This document shows positions 40,662 through 49,600 of a stretch of DNA of 64,000 nt, in pieces. A program made the translations under genes and the position numbers. Positions within the stretch are counted from its first letter, which is position 1. Every line of letters begins with the position of its first letter. The notes beneath the pieces were generated by a model, which searched no databases, was not told the DNA's origin, and saw only the letters and a list, made by a program, of their open reading frames with translations. Location: the IMG/VR virus record IMGVR_UViG_3300030333_007172, positions 1 to 64,000 of that record. One strand, 5' to 3'. The stretch is from a virus.

Positions 40662-41452
40662 TATACACTTAAATACCTAAAATTATTAAATTTAGACTCT
40701 CTTGGAGATAGCACCATTCTGTTAAAGTCATGCTTATAGCCATGATCGAATTCAATAATTGTTTGCCAGTCGCCGTATTTAGTGTTTTTTTGTACATTAA
40801 ACATCTGGTGTCTATTGTGCTTGTGTATCATAACAGAAAAAACAGATTGATCTTGCCTGTGTTCTCTACAAGGAGAATCGGGTCCATCCGGCTTTATTAC
40901 TGTCGTGTCTGGAAGTGCCACTTCTGGGTCTAGCATATAATCATACATGTCGCTAACAAACTTGATATTATCATTAGTTTTTTTGTATACTTGAAAGCCG
41001 GCCCAATATTGAGGCATAATTTCTGCCCCAAATGAGCCCATTACTTGTAGTGATTTCTTAGTACACCAATATTGATTTGTTAATTTTGGATGAGTATAAA
41101 CTAAAAATAATGATTCATCAACTAAATCGTTTTTTATCGAATCAGTCTTATTAACAAAACAATTTGCTGAATCTGAGTAAATTAGAGAATCAGAATGATT
41201 TAGAAAACAATCTGCTAACGCATATGTCTTATAGAAAAACACTCTCGGTGAGAGTGCATGTTCACAAACTTCTTTTACTGGGTACAGCTTAACTTGTGAA
41301 CCAAATATCTTACTAAATATTTCTAATTGTTCTTTTTCAGTATTAAAATAGTAAACAAACACATCCCCGTCAAACGAATTAACTTTATAACTTTGTATTA
41401 GGTTAACCGCTTGCGGGATGTAGTCTTGACTTATTACTGTGCATAAATCCAA
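40661..41452 (-). CDS. Putative nucleotide-diphospho-sugar transferase
   Basis: FFYKTY, IYSDSA, HRQDQSVFS; TTG start. Confidence 0.6.
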   Translation of the reverse strand: MDLCTVISQDYIPQAVNLIQSYKVNSFDGDVFVYYFNTEKEQLEIFSKIFGSQVKLYPVKEVCEHALSPRVFFYKTYALADCFLNHSDSLIYSDSANCFVNKTDSIKNDLVDESLFLVYTHPKLTNQYWCTKKSLQVMGSFGAEIMPQYWAGFQVYKKTNDNIKFVSDMYDYMLDPEVALPDTTVIKPDGPDSPCREHRQDQSVFSVMIHKHNRHQMFNVQKNTKYGDWQTIIEFDHGYKHDFNRMVLSPRESKFNNFRYLSV

Positions 41453-43447
41453 TTAAAGCGCTCTTTGTTGGGGCTGCTGCTGTTGTTGCTGGTAAATCTG
41501 CATATAATTTTGAAAAATTTCTCTTTCGTGTTCACGCTTCCAAGAATCGTGTTCTGGATTTGTTGACATGCCGGTTGGGTTAAAATAGTAAACTCCTAAT
41601 ACTTCAGAGTGCTTTAAGAACTTTACTCCGCCAAACGCACATCTAAGCCAAAGATCCCAATCGCCAGCTGACTTATAATGCTGATTAAAATACCCATGTG
41701 TATCATGTAATTCTTTGCGCCACATAGGATTGTTGTGTGGAAGATTTTGTCGTAACATAGCTTCCTTAGAAAATTGTTCAAAATGATACTGCTGACAGTT
41801 GGGTGGCACATCTTCCCAACGTACATTTGCTTCGTGAACAATGTAACTGTCATTGTATACTAGTCCCACTTCTGGGTTGGCGTATAACAACTTAGCTTGT
41901 TTCTCGTAAGCGTCTGGAGGGCGCCTATCATCACAATTTACATTGGTGACATATTCACCCGTGGCCATTTTAATTCCCATGTTCCACGTATCATAGATGC
42001 CTGGATCTTCTTCAAGTCTCTTATAGATAATATTGTTAGGATACTTCTCCACATATTTAAGAATAACCTCTTCGTCAAACTCTTCTCCAGGAGGATTTGC
42101 ATTGAGAATAATCCATTCACATTTTTCTTCAAAAATAGTTTGACGTGTAACATCTTCCATAAGTTGTTCGATATATTCATCAGCTTTAAAAACAGAAGTA
42201 ACCAAAGAAATTTTAGGCAGATCTTTAATATCTACAACTACCTCGCCCTGGATTGGTCCGGTCTGTTCTAGTACAGTATCTACAAATTGGTTATACATGT
42301 TTTCTTCAGAAAATCGTTCTGATAATTGCGCTGCATATTCGCATGCTTGTTTTGTTTTTCCTTCAGAAACATCTAAATATGCTTTTCTAATTTGTTTTCT
42401 AGCAGATTCTACATTAGGTAAACACCACTGAGAACCTTGGGCTATAACCCCTTTCCATTCGGCAGCTTTTTCAATTTCTCCTATGGTGTATTCTACTTCA
42501 TAGAAGTGAGCGTGCCCTTGTTCATCATAAAGAAAATCATTTTGTCCAGACCACCCAGGAGCGACCACTGGCAATCCGCTATAAGCGGCTTCAAAGATTG
42601 GAAGACCATAACCTTCACCATGTGTCAATGTAACAAAAGCATTAACAGAAGGGTGAATATACAAAGAGTGCATTTCTTCATCGGTCATATCACCGTGTAG
42701 AAGATAGAGCTTACATGTATGATCTTCAAACTCTTTTAATAAATTTTTAAGATTGTTATATGTCATCTCTCTATCCATAAAACAATTTTTAGCATGATTT
42801 GTTTTAAGAATAAGTCCTACATTTTCATTTTTAAATTCTTGCATAAAAGCTGTAATTACATTTTTAATATTTTTGCGAGGACCCATCTGGGCAACACATA
42901 AAAAATTAAAATCGGTATCAGTTTTTAACTCTATCTCTGGCAATTCTTCTGCGGTATATCTTTTTACTGGGTAGTTGACTACTCGTATGGGTCTTGTTAG
43001 AGATAGTTTCTGAGCAGGGTTGCTTTGATTAGCATAATGTGTTTGCTCAAAAACATTTTTAGAATGTTGTGAAACAACGACCAATGAACTCATAGTATTA
43101 GATTTAACAAGCCATTCTGGTGCTACCCGATCTGTTTCAATGCCGGCCGTATACCCAATATTAATAGGCGCTAGTGATTCCCATTCATTAGGAATAGTTA
43201 CCTGAATAGACACATCAAACTTTCCGCCATTTTGCACATAATGAACAGTTTTGCCAATTGTGCTATCAATCCATCGTCTTTCTTCTGTGTCTTCATAAAT
43301 CCAAGAAGTTTGCCCCCATTGCAATGGCTGGATGAAAATATCAAAAATATCTTGTCTAGAGCGTAGACTCCGTAATGCAAATCTAGCCTGTTCTCCATAT
43401 CCAGAGCGAGTCAAAATTGGACCTTTGAGTAGTATTTTTTTCTTCAT
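41453..43447 (-). CDS. Bifunctional GT4 + GT2 glycosyltransferase
   Basis: GT4: RSGYG, PRKNI, GEGYGLPIFEAAYSGLPVV. GT2: KISLVTSVFK, IYDTWNMGI, NCDD, DWDLWLR. Likely start ATG 43447. Confidence 0.9.
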   Translation of the reverse strand: MKKKILLKGPILTRSGYGEQARFALRSLRSRQDIFDIFIQPLQWGQTSWIYEDTEERRWIDSTIGKTVHYVQNGGKFDVSIQVTIPNEWESLAPINIGYTAGIETDRVAPEWLVKSNTMSSLVVVSQHSKNVFEQTHYANQSNPAQKLSLTRPIRVVNYPVKRYTAEELPEIELKTDTDFNFLCVAQMGPRKNIKNVITAFMQEFKNENVGLILKTNHAKNCFMDREMTYNNLKNLLKEFEDHTCKLYLLHGDMTDEEMHSLYIHPSVNAFVTLTHGEGYGLPIFEAAYSGLPVVAPGWSGQNDFLYDEQGHAHFYEVEYTIGEIEKAAEWKGVIAQGSQWCLPNVESARKQIRKAYLDVSEGKTKQACEYAAQLSERFSEENMYNQFVDTVLEQTGPIQGEVVVDIKDLPKISLVTSVFKADEYIEQLMEDVTRQTIFEEKCEWIILNANPPGEEFDEEVILKYVEKYPNNIIYKRLEEDPGIYDTWNMGIKMATGEYVTNVNCDDRRPPDAYEKQAKLLYANPEVGLVYNDSYIVHEANVRWEDVPPNCQQYHFEQFSKEAMLRQNLPHNNPMWRKELHDTHGYFNQHYKSAGDWDLWLRCAFGGVKFLKHSEVLGVYYFNPTGMSTNPEHDSWKREHEREIFQNYMQIYQQQQQQPQQRAL

Positions 43448-44712
43448 TATGCCACCTCCCACAAGTGCCAACGTTCGTATCCCGTGCGTGTATCCCACGA
43501 GCCATGTTCTTCAATAAACGTATCTATCATTTTTACCCAATCTTCTCCAAATTTTTCAAAGTTATAATTTTTATCAACGTGTTGTCTACCTTGAATAGAC
43601 ATCTTTTTATAAACTTTGTCACTAACCTTAATGGCCTTTTTCAAAGTTTCTGTAAAGTCTTTCTGTGTAATTCTATCTTCGTAGATATAAGGCACTTGCA
43701 AAGAACCAATAACTGATTTAGCAGCCGGCTCTATTCCAAATCCAAACCAATTTTCTCCATCAGTCACCTGTTCTTGTAGTCCCCCAGTCATGGTTACAAT
43801 AATTGGAGTCCCACAAGCTAACGATTCCTGTGCTGAAAGTCCAAACCCTTCTGCATCTGAAATGCTAACTGTATAATCTGCAACATTATACAGCGTTGCC
43901 AGTGCCTCTGGATTTAGTTTGTTGGTAGAAAGTAAAACTTGTCCATCAGTTAACTTTAGATGCTCTATAATATGCGGCAAATCTTGTCCGTGAGCATCTC
44001 GCGCGTCTGTATGCATTAGCAGCATTGCTTTATCGTGACCAACTTCATCTAAAAATTCTTTAAACCACCAGATTAAAGTTCCACTTTGTTTTCTTCTTGC
44101 ATTTCTGCTGTTAAAGAAGAATAACTTTTTCTTTCCTTTGCTTAGTTGCTTTGCAACCTCAGCTACAGCTGGATAGTTCTTGTCATTCTTTTTATATTTA
44201 TAATAATAATTAGGATCTACTGCATGTGGCAGATAATAAGATGGCACCTCCGGTGCTACTTCTTCTAATATTTTTTTAGTTACCTTTGAGATACACACCA
44301 CTTCATCTGTAGAGCTATAAAACCTAGAGTTAAAGTGAGGTGCAGGAAAATTGTCCCATACGTGATAATATACTAACGGTACCTGGGCTCTGATTTCGTT
44401 TTCAATTTCCCAAAGCCAGCCATAAAATCTTGGATCTGTCATAAACCATACCATGTCTGGTCTCTCACGAGCCATAATAGAGCGTATTGTTTCTTGATTG
44501 CCGTACCCATCAACTGGATATATAAGCCATCTATCGCCCCACTCTTCTAATCTCTGTGGCTCGTAAGCTTTGTGTTTGACAGCACCACCTAGACTAATAA
44601 CATCATATCTGTCACTTCGCAGTAAAGCCTCAATAACATATTTTGTTTGTGTTCCTACACCCGATGGAGATAGGGGGTGATCAGACAAAGTTAAAATCTT
44701 CTTTCTTTTCAT
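43447..44712 (-). CDS. GT4 glycosyltransferase
   Basis: LSDHPLSPSGVG, RNARRK, AEGFGLSAQESLACGTPII; likely start ATG 44712. Confidence 0.9.
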   Translation of the reverse strand: MKRKKILTLSDHPLSPSGVGTQTKYVIEALLRSDRYDVISLGGAVKHKAYEPQRLEEWGDRWLIYPVDGYGNQETIRSIMARERPDMVWFMTDPRFYGWLWEIENEIRAQVPLVYYHVWDNFPAPHFNSRFYSSTDEVVCISKVTKKILEEVAPEVPSYYLPHAVDPNYYYKYKKNDKNYPAVAEVAKQLSKGKKKLFFFNSRNARRKQSGTLIWWFKEFLDEVGHDKAMLLMHTDARDAHGQDLPHIIEHLKLTDGQVLLSTNKLNPEALATLYNVADYTVSISDAEGFGLSAQESLACGTPIIVTMTGGLQEQVTDGENWFGFGIEPAAKSVIGSLQVPYIYEDRITQKDFTETLKKAIKVSDKVYKKMSIQGRQHVDKNYNFEKFGEDWVKMIDTFIEEHGSWDTRTGYERWHLWEVA

Positions 44713-44723
44713 TTGTGTGTTTC

Positions 44724-45500
44724 CTACGGACAATGTTCCGTTTTATAAAATTTACACCCGTACCCGGAGGTACAGGACAATCTATTTTTAATATAACGCT
44801 TTTTCTTAATATTGTAAAGGGCCATATTCAAAACTTTTAACGCATTTTTAGTTTTTCTTTCACCACTGGTTACTCTAAAAAACTCTACTCTGTTGTTTTT
44901 TGCAGTTCTTTTAAGTAATGCAAAATGAGTTTCAATCGACTTAGGATCTGTTTCTGTAGCTTGCGCAAAGAAATGTTTATACAGTGTTAACTGATAGGTT
45001 ACCATTTTATCGCTTCTTTTCTTTCTATCCCATCCCCACGAACAAGTTTTCCAGTCAAAAATATGGATTTTGCCGTCAGGAGTCGCAACCACAGCATCAA
45101 TAAATCCTTTAAATTTATATTCTTCTTCTCCTTCAATTGGCTCCATAAGCGGCATTTCTACGGCCAAGACTTCAAAATCATAACCAAAATATTCAACTAG
45201 CGCCTCTTCGATTTCTGGGAGGATTTTCTTACCTTGTCCCACCATGTCAGACACGAGTCTATCATCCACATCCACATCGTCGTCCAATGCAGCAATGCAA
45301 TCAGCAAAATTACTAACAAAAAACTCTTCATCGTCAATCTCCTCTTTTAAAAGCTTCTTCTCACATACTGAATGGATTGCTGTTCCAAACGCAGTATATG
45401 CATTGCCTTTAAAGCCGTCAATCTTGTCTACTCTTGTTAGCTTATGGTAAAAAGCACAATGAACCCAATCTTTGAGTTCAGAATACGAAATATGTGGCAT
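44724..45500 (-). CDS. PD-(D/E)XK nuclease (RecB/AddB/Cas4-like) with probable Fe-S cysteines
   Basis: SYS, GTAIH, E...GFIDAV...IFDWKT, YQLTLY; one N-terminal and three C-terminal Cys; SD GGGAG before ATG 45500. Confidence 0.85.
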   Translation of the reverse strand: MPHISYSELKDWVHCAFYHKLTRVDKIDGFKGNAYTAFGTAIHSVCEKKLLKEEIDDEEFFVSNFADCIAALDDDVDVDDRLVSDMVGQGKKILPEIEEALVEYFGYDFEVLAVEMPLMEPIEGEEEYKFKGFIDAVVATPDGKIHIFDWKTCSWGWDRKKRSDKMVTYQLTLYKHFFAQATETDPKSIETHFALLKRTAKNNRVEFFRVTSGERKTKNALKVLNMALYNIKKKRYIKNRLSCTSGYGCKFYKTEHCP

Positions 45501-45521
45501 GTGCACTCCCTAGTATTTACT

Positions 45522-45550
45522 AGTATATCAAGCTTGTGCTTACTTGTCAA
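45522..45550 (-). promoter_or_regulatory. sigma70-type promoter TTGACA-17-TATACT (extended -10 TG)
   Basis: tgtcaa at 45545-45550, agtata at 45522-45527; points into the nuclease gene and the glycan island. Confidence 0.75.
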
Positions 45551-46232
45551 GTTTATTTATGTTATGCAACATTGTTAATTTTTTATATAACTGTGGGCTT
45601 ATTTTTTGTAGGTATTTGTGATCAGAGTTAACATAAAAATCTGTGAACGCTGTTGCAAAATATTCTCTTAGCGAAACTGCTGCATATGCATTAATAAAAA
45701 CACCCATACATAAAGAGCGCAGTTTTTCAATTCCTATTTTTTGAAATAAATATTCATCAAATTTTTTATTATATTCAACATCTAAAAACGGAGCTAATGG
45801 TACATTGTGTCCATTGTTTGTCAACAAACTATGCAAATGACGTCGTTTTTCTAAAAATTCATCTTTTACTTTTTGATCTCCATAGATTTCATAACCATAC
45901 ACTGGCTCTAAAGAATGAGAAACTTCGTGAACTATGTCATCAAACAAGTCTGCTTCATCATCCTGGACGTTAGAAATATGCAAAATGCCATCTTTATAAA
46001 AAGCATTAATTCCTCTTTCTTCAAATTCTTCAAACCAACCAATTACTATGATCTCTAATTCAATAAGTAAATCTTCTGGAAGTCTTGCTTCCACGTCGGC
46101 CACTACTTTTTCAACGTCAATTTCGTCGTTTATTAAATCGTCTTTGAAATATACGTGTGTGCCGCGACTTGTATAGAAATCACGATTCTGTTCCATTATC
46201 TGCGCTTGTTTTTGTTTCAAGTGTTGTAGCAT
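45540..46232 (-). CDS. Putative zincin metallopeptidase
   Basis: VHEVSHSLE (HExxH) and downstream YAAVSLREYFA. Confidence 0.55.
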   Translation of the reverse strand: MLQHLKQKQAQIMEQNRDFYTSRGTHVYFKDDLINDEIDVEKVVADVEARLPEDLLIELEIIVIGWFEEFEERGINAFYKDGILHISNVQDDEADLFDDIVHEVSHSLEPVYGYEIYGDQKVKDEFLEKRRHLHSLLTNNGHNVPLAPFLDVEYNKKFDEYLFQKIGIEKLRSLCMGVFINAYAAVSLREYFATAFTDFYVNSDHKYLQKISPQLYKKLTMLHNINKLDK

Positions 46233-46482
46233 CTTCTAATCCTAGTTCATAGCCGCGCAAAAAGTTTTCCTCTGCAACTGCCAAAAGAAACTCTGGAAAT
46301 TCTGTTGCCATTAGTTGTGCAATCATATCTACAGTTACTTCGTCATTTTCAGGTGAAAGCTTTTCTCCCGCGTAATTTACCAAAAATTGCTTTAGTTCAG
46401 AGTTTGTCTTTACAGGCATCGCTAATGTAGGATTTGTATGGACTTGTTCTTCATTAATAATTGTATCTTTGGTTTCACTCAT
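46180..46482 (-). CDS. Hypothetical protein
   Basis: 100 aa; SD AGGAG upstream. Confidence 0.65.
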   Translation of the reverse strand: MSETKDTIINEEQVHTNPTLAMPVKTNSELKQFLVNYAGEKLSPENDEVTVDMIAQLMATEFPEFLLAVAEENFLRGYELGLEDATTLETKTSADNGTES

Positions 46483-46498
46483 TTTTAACTCCTAAAAT

Positions 46499-46527
46499 AA
46501 TATATCACTTATTTTTTGTTTTGTCAA
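46499..46527 (-). promoter_or_regulatory. sigma70-type promoter TTGACA-17-TATATT
   Basis: tgtcaa at 46522-46527, aatata at 46499-46504, TG extension; intergenic. Confidence 0.7.
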
Positions 46528-46542
46528 ATAAACGTTTGTTTA

Positions 46543-47877
46543 TTATAATACTTTGGACGCTAGCGTTGCAATATCAGAACGTTCGCCCTTTTTAAATGTT
46601 ACATGACCAGCCAGTTCTGAGTCTTTAAATTTTTCAACTGCATGTGCTAGTCCGTTAGATATTTCATTGACGTATACATTGTCAATTTGTTCAATATCCC
46701 CTGTTAAAACAATTTTAGAGCCTTCGCCTATTCTTGTAATAATTGTTTTAATTTCATGTTTGGTTAGATTCTGTGCTTCATCTATGATAATAAAAGCATT
46801 TGCAATAGAGCGGCCACGAATATATGTAAGCGCTTCAATCTCAATCTTGCCTTTTTCAATATACATCTCAAGAGATGTTCTATCACCCATTAAAAACTTA
46901 AGGTTATCTTGAATCGGCATCAGCCAAGGAAGCATTTTTTCTTCCATAGTGCCTGGAAGAAATCCAATATCTTTTCCGAGCGGTTGCACGGGTCGAGAAA
47001 CGATCAATCGTGAATATAGATTCTCGTCTGCGCGTAATCCAATAGTCTGCTGCAGACCTGCTGCTATAGCCATCAGCGTCTTTCCACTTCCTGCTCTTCC
47101 GACTAAGGAAACAATTTTTACTTTTGGATTCATTAAAAGGTCAATTGCAAACGCTTGTTCCTTGTTCCTTGACTTAATATTCCAATCTTTGATATCGCTA
47201 TGGATTATTTTTTTCAAAGGAAGGTGGTGCCCTTGGAAGCACGCTAAAGCTGTTTTCTTAGGGTTAGCGTTAGACACCAGCAACAAATATTCATTAAGAA
47301 ACAATTCTTCAGTAATTTCATCTGGATCTAGCCTAACTTCTTCATCATTGTAAAACTGATCAATTGCTGCGTCATCAATAAGATATTCGGTAAACCCTTG
47401 ATAGAGTTCTTCGGAAGATCTAACCGCTTTATCTGTGATGTAATCTTCAGAGAGTAGTCCAATAGAATCACTGATAACTCTCATATTAATATCGCGGCTA
47501 ACAATAATTGTTTTTCTGTTTGGGTTGTTTGCTCGCACGGCCGTTGCAGTCGCAATAATTGCGTGATCTGGAATTCTAACATCTAAATCAGGAGGAAACA
47601 CTGCGTCTTTAAGGCATTGATAGGACATTACTTTTAAAATGCCTTTACCTTTTTCAATTCTAACCCCTGTTTCTAAATTTCCACGGTCTCTAAATTCGTC
47701 TAAAATACGAATAATTTTTCTTGCGTTAGAACCTACAGAATCTTGTCGTTTCTTGTGTTTGTCAACTTCTTCAAGAACTTTTAATGGAATGAAAATATCG
47801 TGATTATCAAACTTAAAAATAGATTCAGCATCAGTAAGATAGACACTTGTATCTAAAACATAATTTTTTTTAGCCAT
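46543..47877 (-). CDS. phoH: PIN-PhoH (PhoH2/YlaK-like) protein
   Basis: PIN: YVLDTSV, VLEEVD, VSRDINMR. PhoH: GRAGSGKT, IGFLPG, YIRGRS, IIDEAQN, TRIGEGSKIVLTGD. Confidence 0.92.
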   Translation of the reverse strand: MAKKNYVLDTSVYLTDAESIFKFDNHDIFIPLKVLEEVDKHKKRQDSVGSNARKIIRILDEFRDRGNLETGVRIEKGKGILKVMSYQCLKDAVFPPDLDVRIPDHAIIATATAVRANNPNRKTIIVSRDINMRVISDSIGLLSEDYITDKAVRSSEELYQGFTEYLIDDAAIDQFYNDEEVRLDPDEITEELFLNEYLLLVSNANPKKTALACFQGHHLPLKKIIHSDIKDWNIKSRNKEQAFAIDLLMNPKVKIVSLVGRAGSGKTLMAIAAGLQQTIGLRADENLYSRLIVSRPVQPLGKDIGFLPGTMEEKMLPWLMPIQDNLKFLMGDRTSLEMYIEKGKIEIEALTYIRGRSIANAFIIIDEAQNLTKHEIKTIITRIGEGSKIVLTGDIEQIDNVYVNEISNGLAHAVEKFKDSELAGHVTFKKGERSDIATLASKVL

Positions 47878-47922
47878 GTTGTGAAACTATAACCTTTGTT
47901 CTATTTTAAATAGTCTCGTTTA

Positions 47923-48744
47923 TCAAATAGGGGCATAACCAAGTGGTTTTAAAGTATCCCAGTTTATATTTTCTGTAATCTCATTTATTACTTTATCACC
48001 AAGACGTTGTAGATATTTTTTATTTAAATAATAATCTTTATAATCCCAATTTTTATTTTTGTCTTTGCGATTTTGCGGAGATGGGTCACACCCACTACGA
48101 ATATTTAAAAAAGATGAATTTCTTTTAGTAAGATTGTATTTTGATTCAAATTTTTTTAAAACATCTTCATGATTAAATAATATATCTTCATATCTTACTA
48201 TTTCAACGTCTTGGTTTAACCAGTGACTATATCTTTCATTGTAACTTTGTATTGATTTTTCTAATGATCCATCCGAAATTTTTATGTCACAAGTTTGCAA
48301 CGACATATCGATGTTTATTGGTTTAAAAAATATATATTTATCTGTTTCTGGGTTTTCTGTTGTTCTTGTTGCCCAGTCAAGCATACTAGATATCCAAGCA
48401 TATGGGTTTTTAATATTAATTAATGTGGTAATATTATCTGATATTGCGGCGGCCATTAATTGTTTATGGACTATATTTGGATTATGTTTATTTATCCGCC
48501 ATGGCGGCATGCCCTGTGGGTATTCATTATTGTAAAATTCTGCTTCAATTGCTTCATATGAAATAGATGATAAAGCAGGGTAATTAGGAAAAACATATTT
48601 TTTGTATCCGTCACTGTCTGGATTTAAATCATGTTTCCAAAATAATTTTGACAATATTAAAACATCTTCAAAGTTTTCTTCTAATAAAGCTTGTGTATAA
48701 TTTGTACCGCTTCTGCGTACACCATATTGGTGAAAAAATTTCAT
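47923..48744 (-). CDS. Sulfotransferase-like protein
   Basis: YGVRRSGTNY, KNPYAWISS, VRYEDI; start ATG 48744 after SD AGGAG (the track start lies inside tRNA-Thr). Confidence 0.7.
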   Translation of the reverse strand: MKFFHQYGVRRSGTNYTQALLEENFEDVLILSKLFWKHDLNPDSDGYKKYVFPNYPALSSISYEAIEAEFYNNEYPQGMPPWRINKHNPNIVHKQLMAAAISDNITTLINIKNPYAWISSMLDWATRTTENPETDKYIFFKPINIDMSLQTCDIKISDGSLEKSIQSYNERYSHWLNQDVEIVRYEDILFNHEDVLKKFESKYNLTKRNSSFLNIRSGCDPSPQNRKDKNKNWDYKDYYLNKKYLQRLGDKVINEITENINWDTLKPLGYAPI

Positions 48745-48756
48745 TACTTCTCCTAA

Positions 48757-48832
48757 TGGAGCCACCGAGAGGAGTCGAACCTCCGACCGGCTGATTACAA
48801 ATCAGCTGCTCTACCAACTGAGCTACGGTGGC
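48757..48832 (-). tRNA. trnT: tRNA-Thr(TGT)
   Basis: GCCACCG acceptor stem, TAGCTCAGTTGGTAGAGC D arm, GCTGA-TTTGTAA-TCAGC anticodon arm, GGTTCGACTCC T arm, encoded CCA. Confidence 0.97.
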
Positions 48833-48981
48833 GTTAGTTGTTCTGTAGCATTATCTAATTTTTCTTGTATGTCTAAAATTGATCCACTATACGGCATAAG
48901 ACATGCTAAAAACCACAAATACACCATTGCAGCAATCAATATTGTCATCAATGCTTGAAGTACTAAATCTCCTGTGTCCAT
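48823..48981 (-). CDS. Small membrane protein between the two tRNAs
   Basis: MDTGDLVLQALMTILIAAMVYLWFLACLM... one TM helix; its stop falls in the first bases of tRNA-Thr. Confidence 0.4.
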   Translation of the reverse strand: MDTGDLVLQALMTILIAAMVYLWFLACLMPYSGSILDIQEKLDNATEQLTPP

Positions 48982-49008
48982 ATAGTAGATAGGCGAAAAA
49001 ACAAAGAA

Positions 49009-49083
49009 TGGAGCGGGAGACGAGATTTGAACTCGCGACAGCCACGTTGGCAACGTGGGGCTCTACCACTGAGCTACTCCCGC
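49009..49083 (-). tRNA. trnG: tRNA-Gly(GCC)
   Basis: GCGGGAG acceptor stem, CCACG-TTGCCAA-CGTGG anticodon arm, GAGTTCAAATCTC T arm, encoded CCA. Confidence 0.97.
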
Positions 49084-49160
49084 AAAGAGCCGGTTTTTCT
49101 GCGTCCAAGGAAAACCGGTAAACCCCCGCCTACGTGACGTTCGGCGGCCACGTATCGTTA

Positions 49161-49385
49161 TTAGTCCGACGATACAGCGGATTCACTGGTATTATCAGTG
49201 GTCTTTGCAGGAGTCTCAGTTGTATTACTAGTAGTTGTTGTAGTGTTTTCAGTGTTACCTGTTGTATTACTAGTTGTCTCACTAGTAGTTTCCGTGGTTG
49301 TTTCAGTTTCTGCTGCAGTAGTTGTGTTTGTTTCTGTTTCGGTACAACCCGCCAAAACAGCCAACGCGATGATTGTTCTATACAT
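49161..49385 (-). CDS. Small Thr-rich lipoprotein
   Basis: Lipobox LAGC, then T/E/N low-complexity repeats; SD AAGGAG. Confidence 0.8.
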   Translation of the reverse strand: MYRTIIALAVLAGCTETETNTTTAAETETTTETTSETTSNTTGNTENTTTTTSNTTETPAKTTDNTSESAVSSD

Positions 49386-49600
49386 TATTTCTCCTTTTTA
49401 TAATCTTGCCAATCAAGCCAAAAACCAAGAGCGACCATAAAATGCATTATGGCCGAGCTTGATAATTCTATTATATCATGGTAGTCATTAAGATGCAAGT
49501 GGACATGTCCAACAATCCAAAAAGGAATTGCAAACTGTTGACTGTACCAAATTAACGCGAACTTGCTAAATTTAGCTGTCGACTCTTTCTGTAAGATACT
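49385..49600 (-). CDS. Small membrane-protein frame lacking a canonical start
   Basis: Open frame ...STAKFSKFALIWYSQQFAIPFWIVGHVHLHL...GFWLDWQDYKKEK* fills the gap, and its TAA overlaps the next ATG; no ATG/GTG/TTG at its 5' end. Confidence 0.4.
   Translation of the reverse strand, partial: SILQKESTAKFSKFALIWYSQQFAIPFWIVGHVHLHLNDYHDIIELSSSAIMHFMVALGFWLDWQDYKKEK
49470..49498 (-). promoter_or_regulatory. sigma70-type promoter TTGCAT-17-TATAAT upstream of the lipoprotein/tRNA genes
   Basis: atgcaa at 49493-49498, attata at 49470-49475, TG extension. Confidence 0.55.

Noticed and set aside
41463-41492. Poly-Gln CAG/CAA tail of the GT4-GT2 protein
   Set aside because: Short mixed-codon low-complexity terminus with no evidence of function.
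44724-45500. CRISPR-Cas system implied by the Cas4-like nuclease
   Set aside because: No repeat-spacer array or other cas genes were seen; solo nucleases of this type are common in phages.
48887-49108. 73-aa ORF, and the N-terminal extensions of ORFs 48823-49053, 47923-48765 and 55220-55576
   Set aside because: These overlap tRNA or tmRNA genes; better downstream starts exist for the three extended ORFs.
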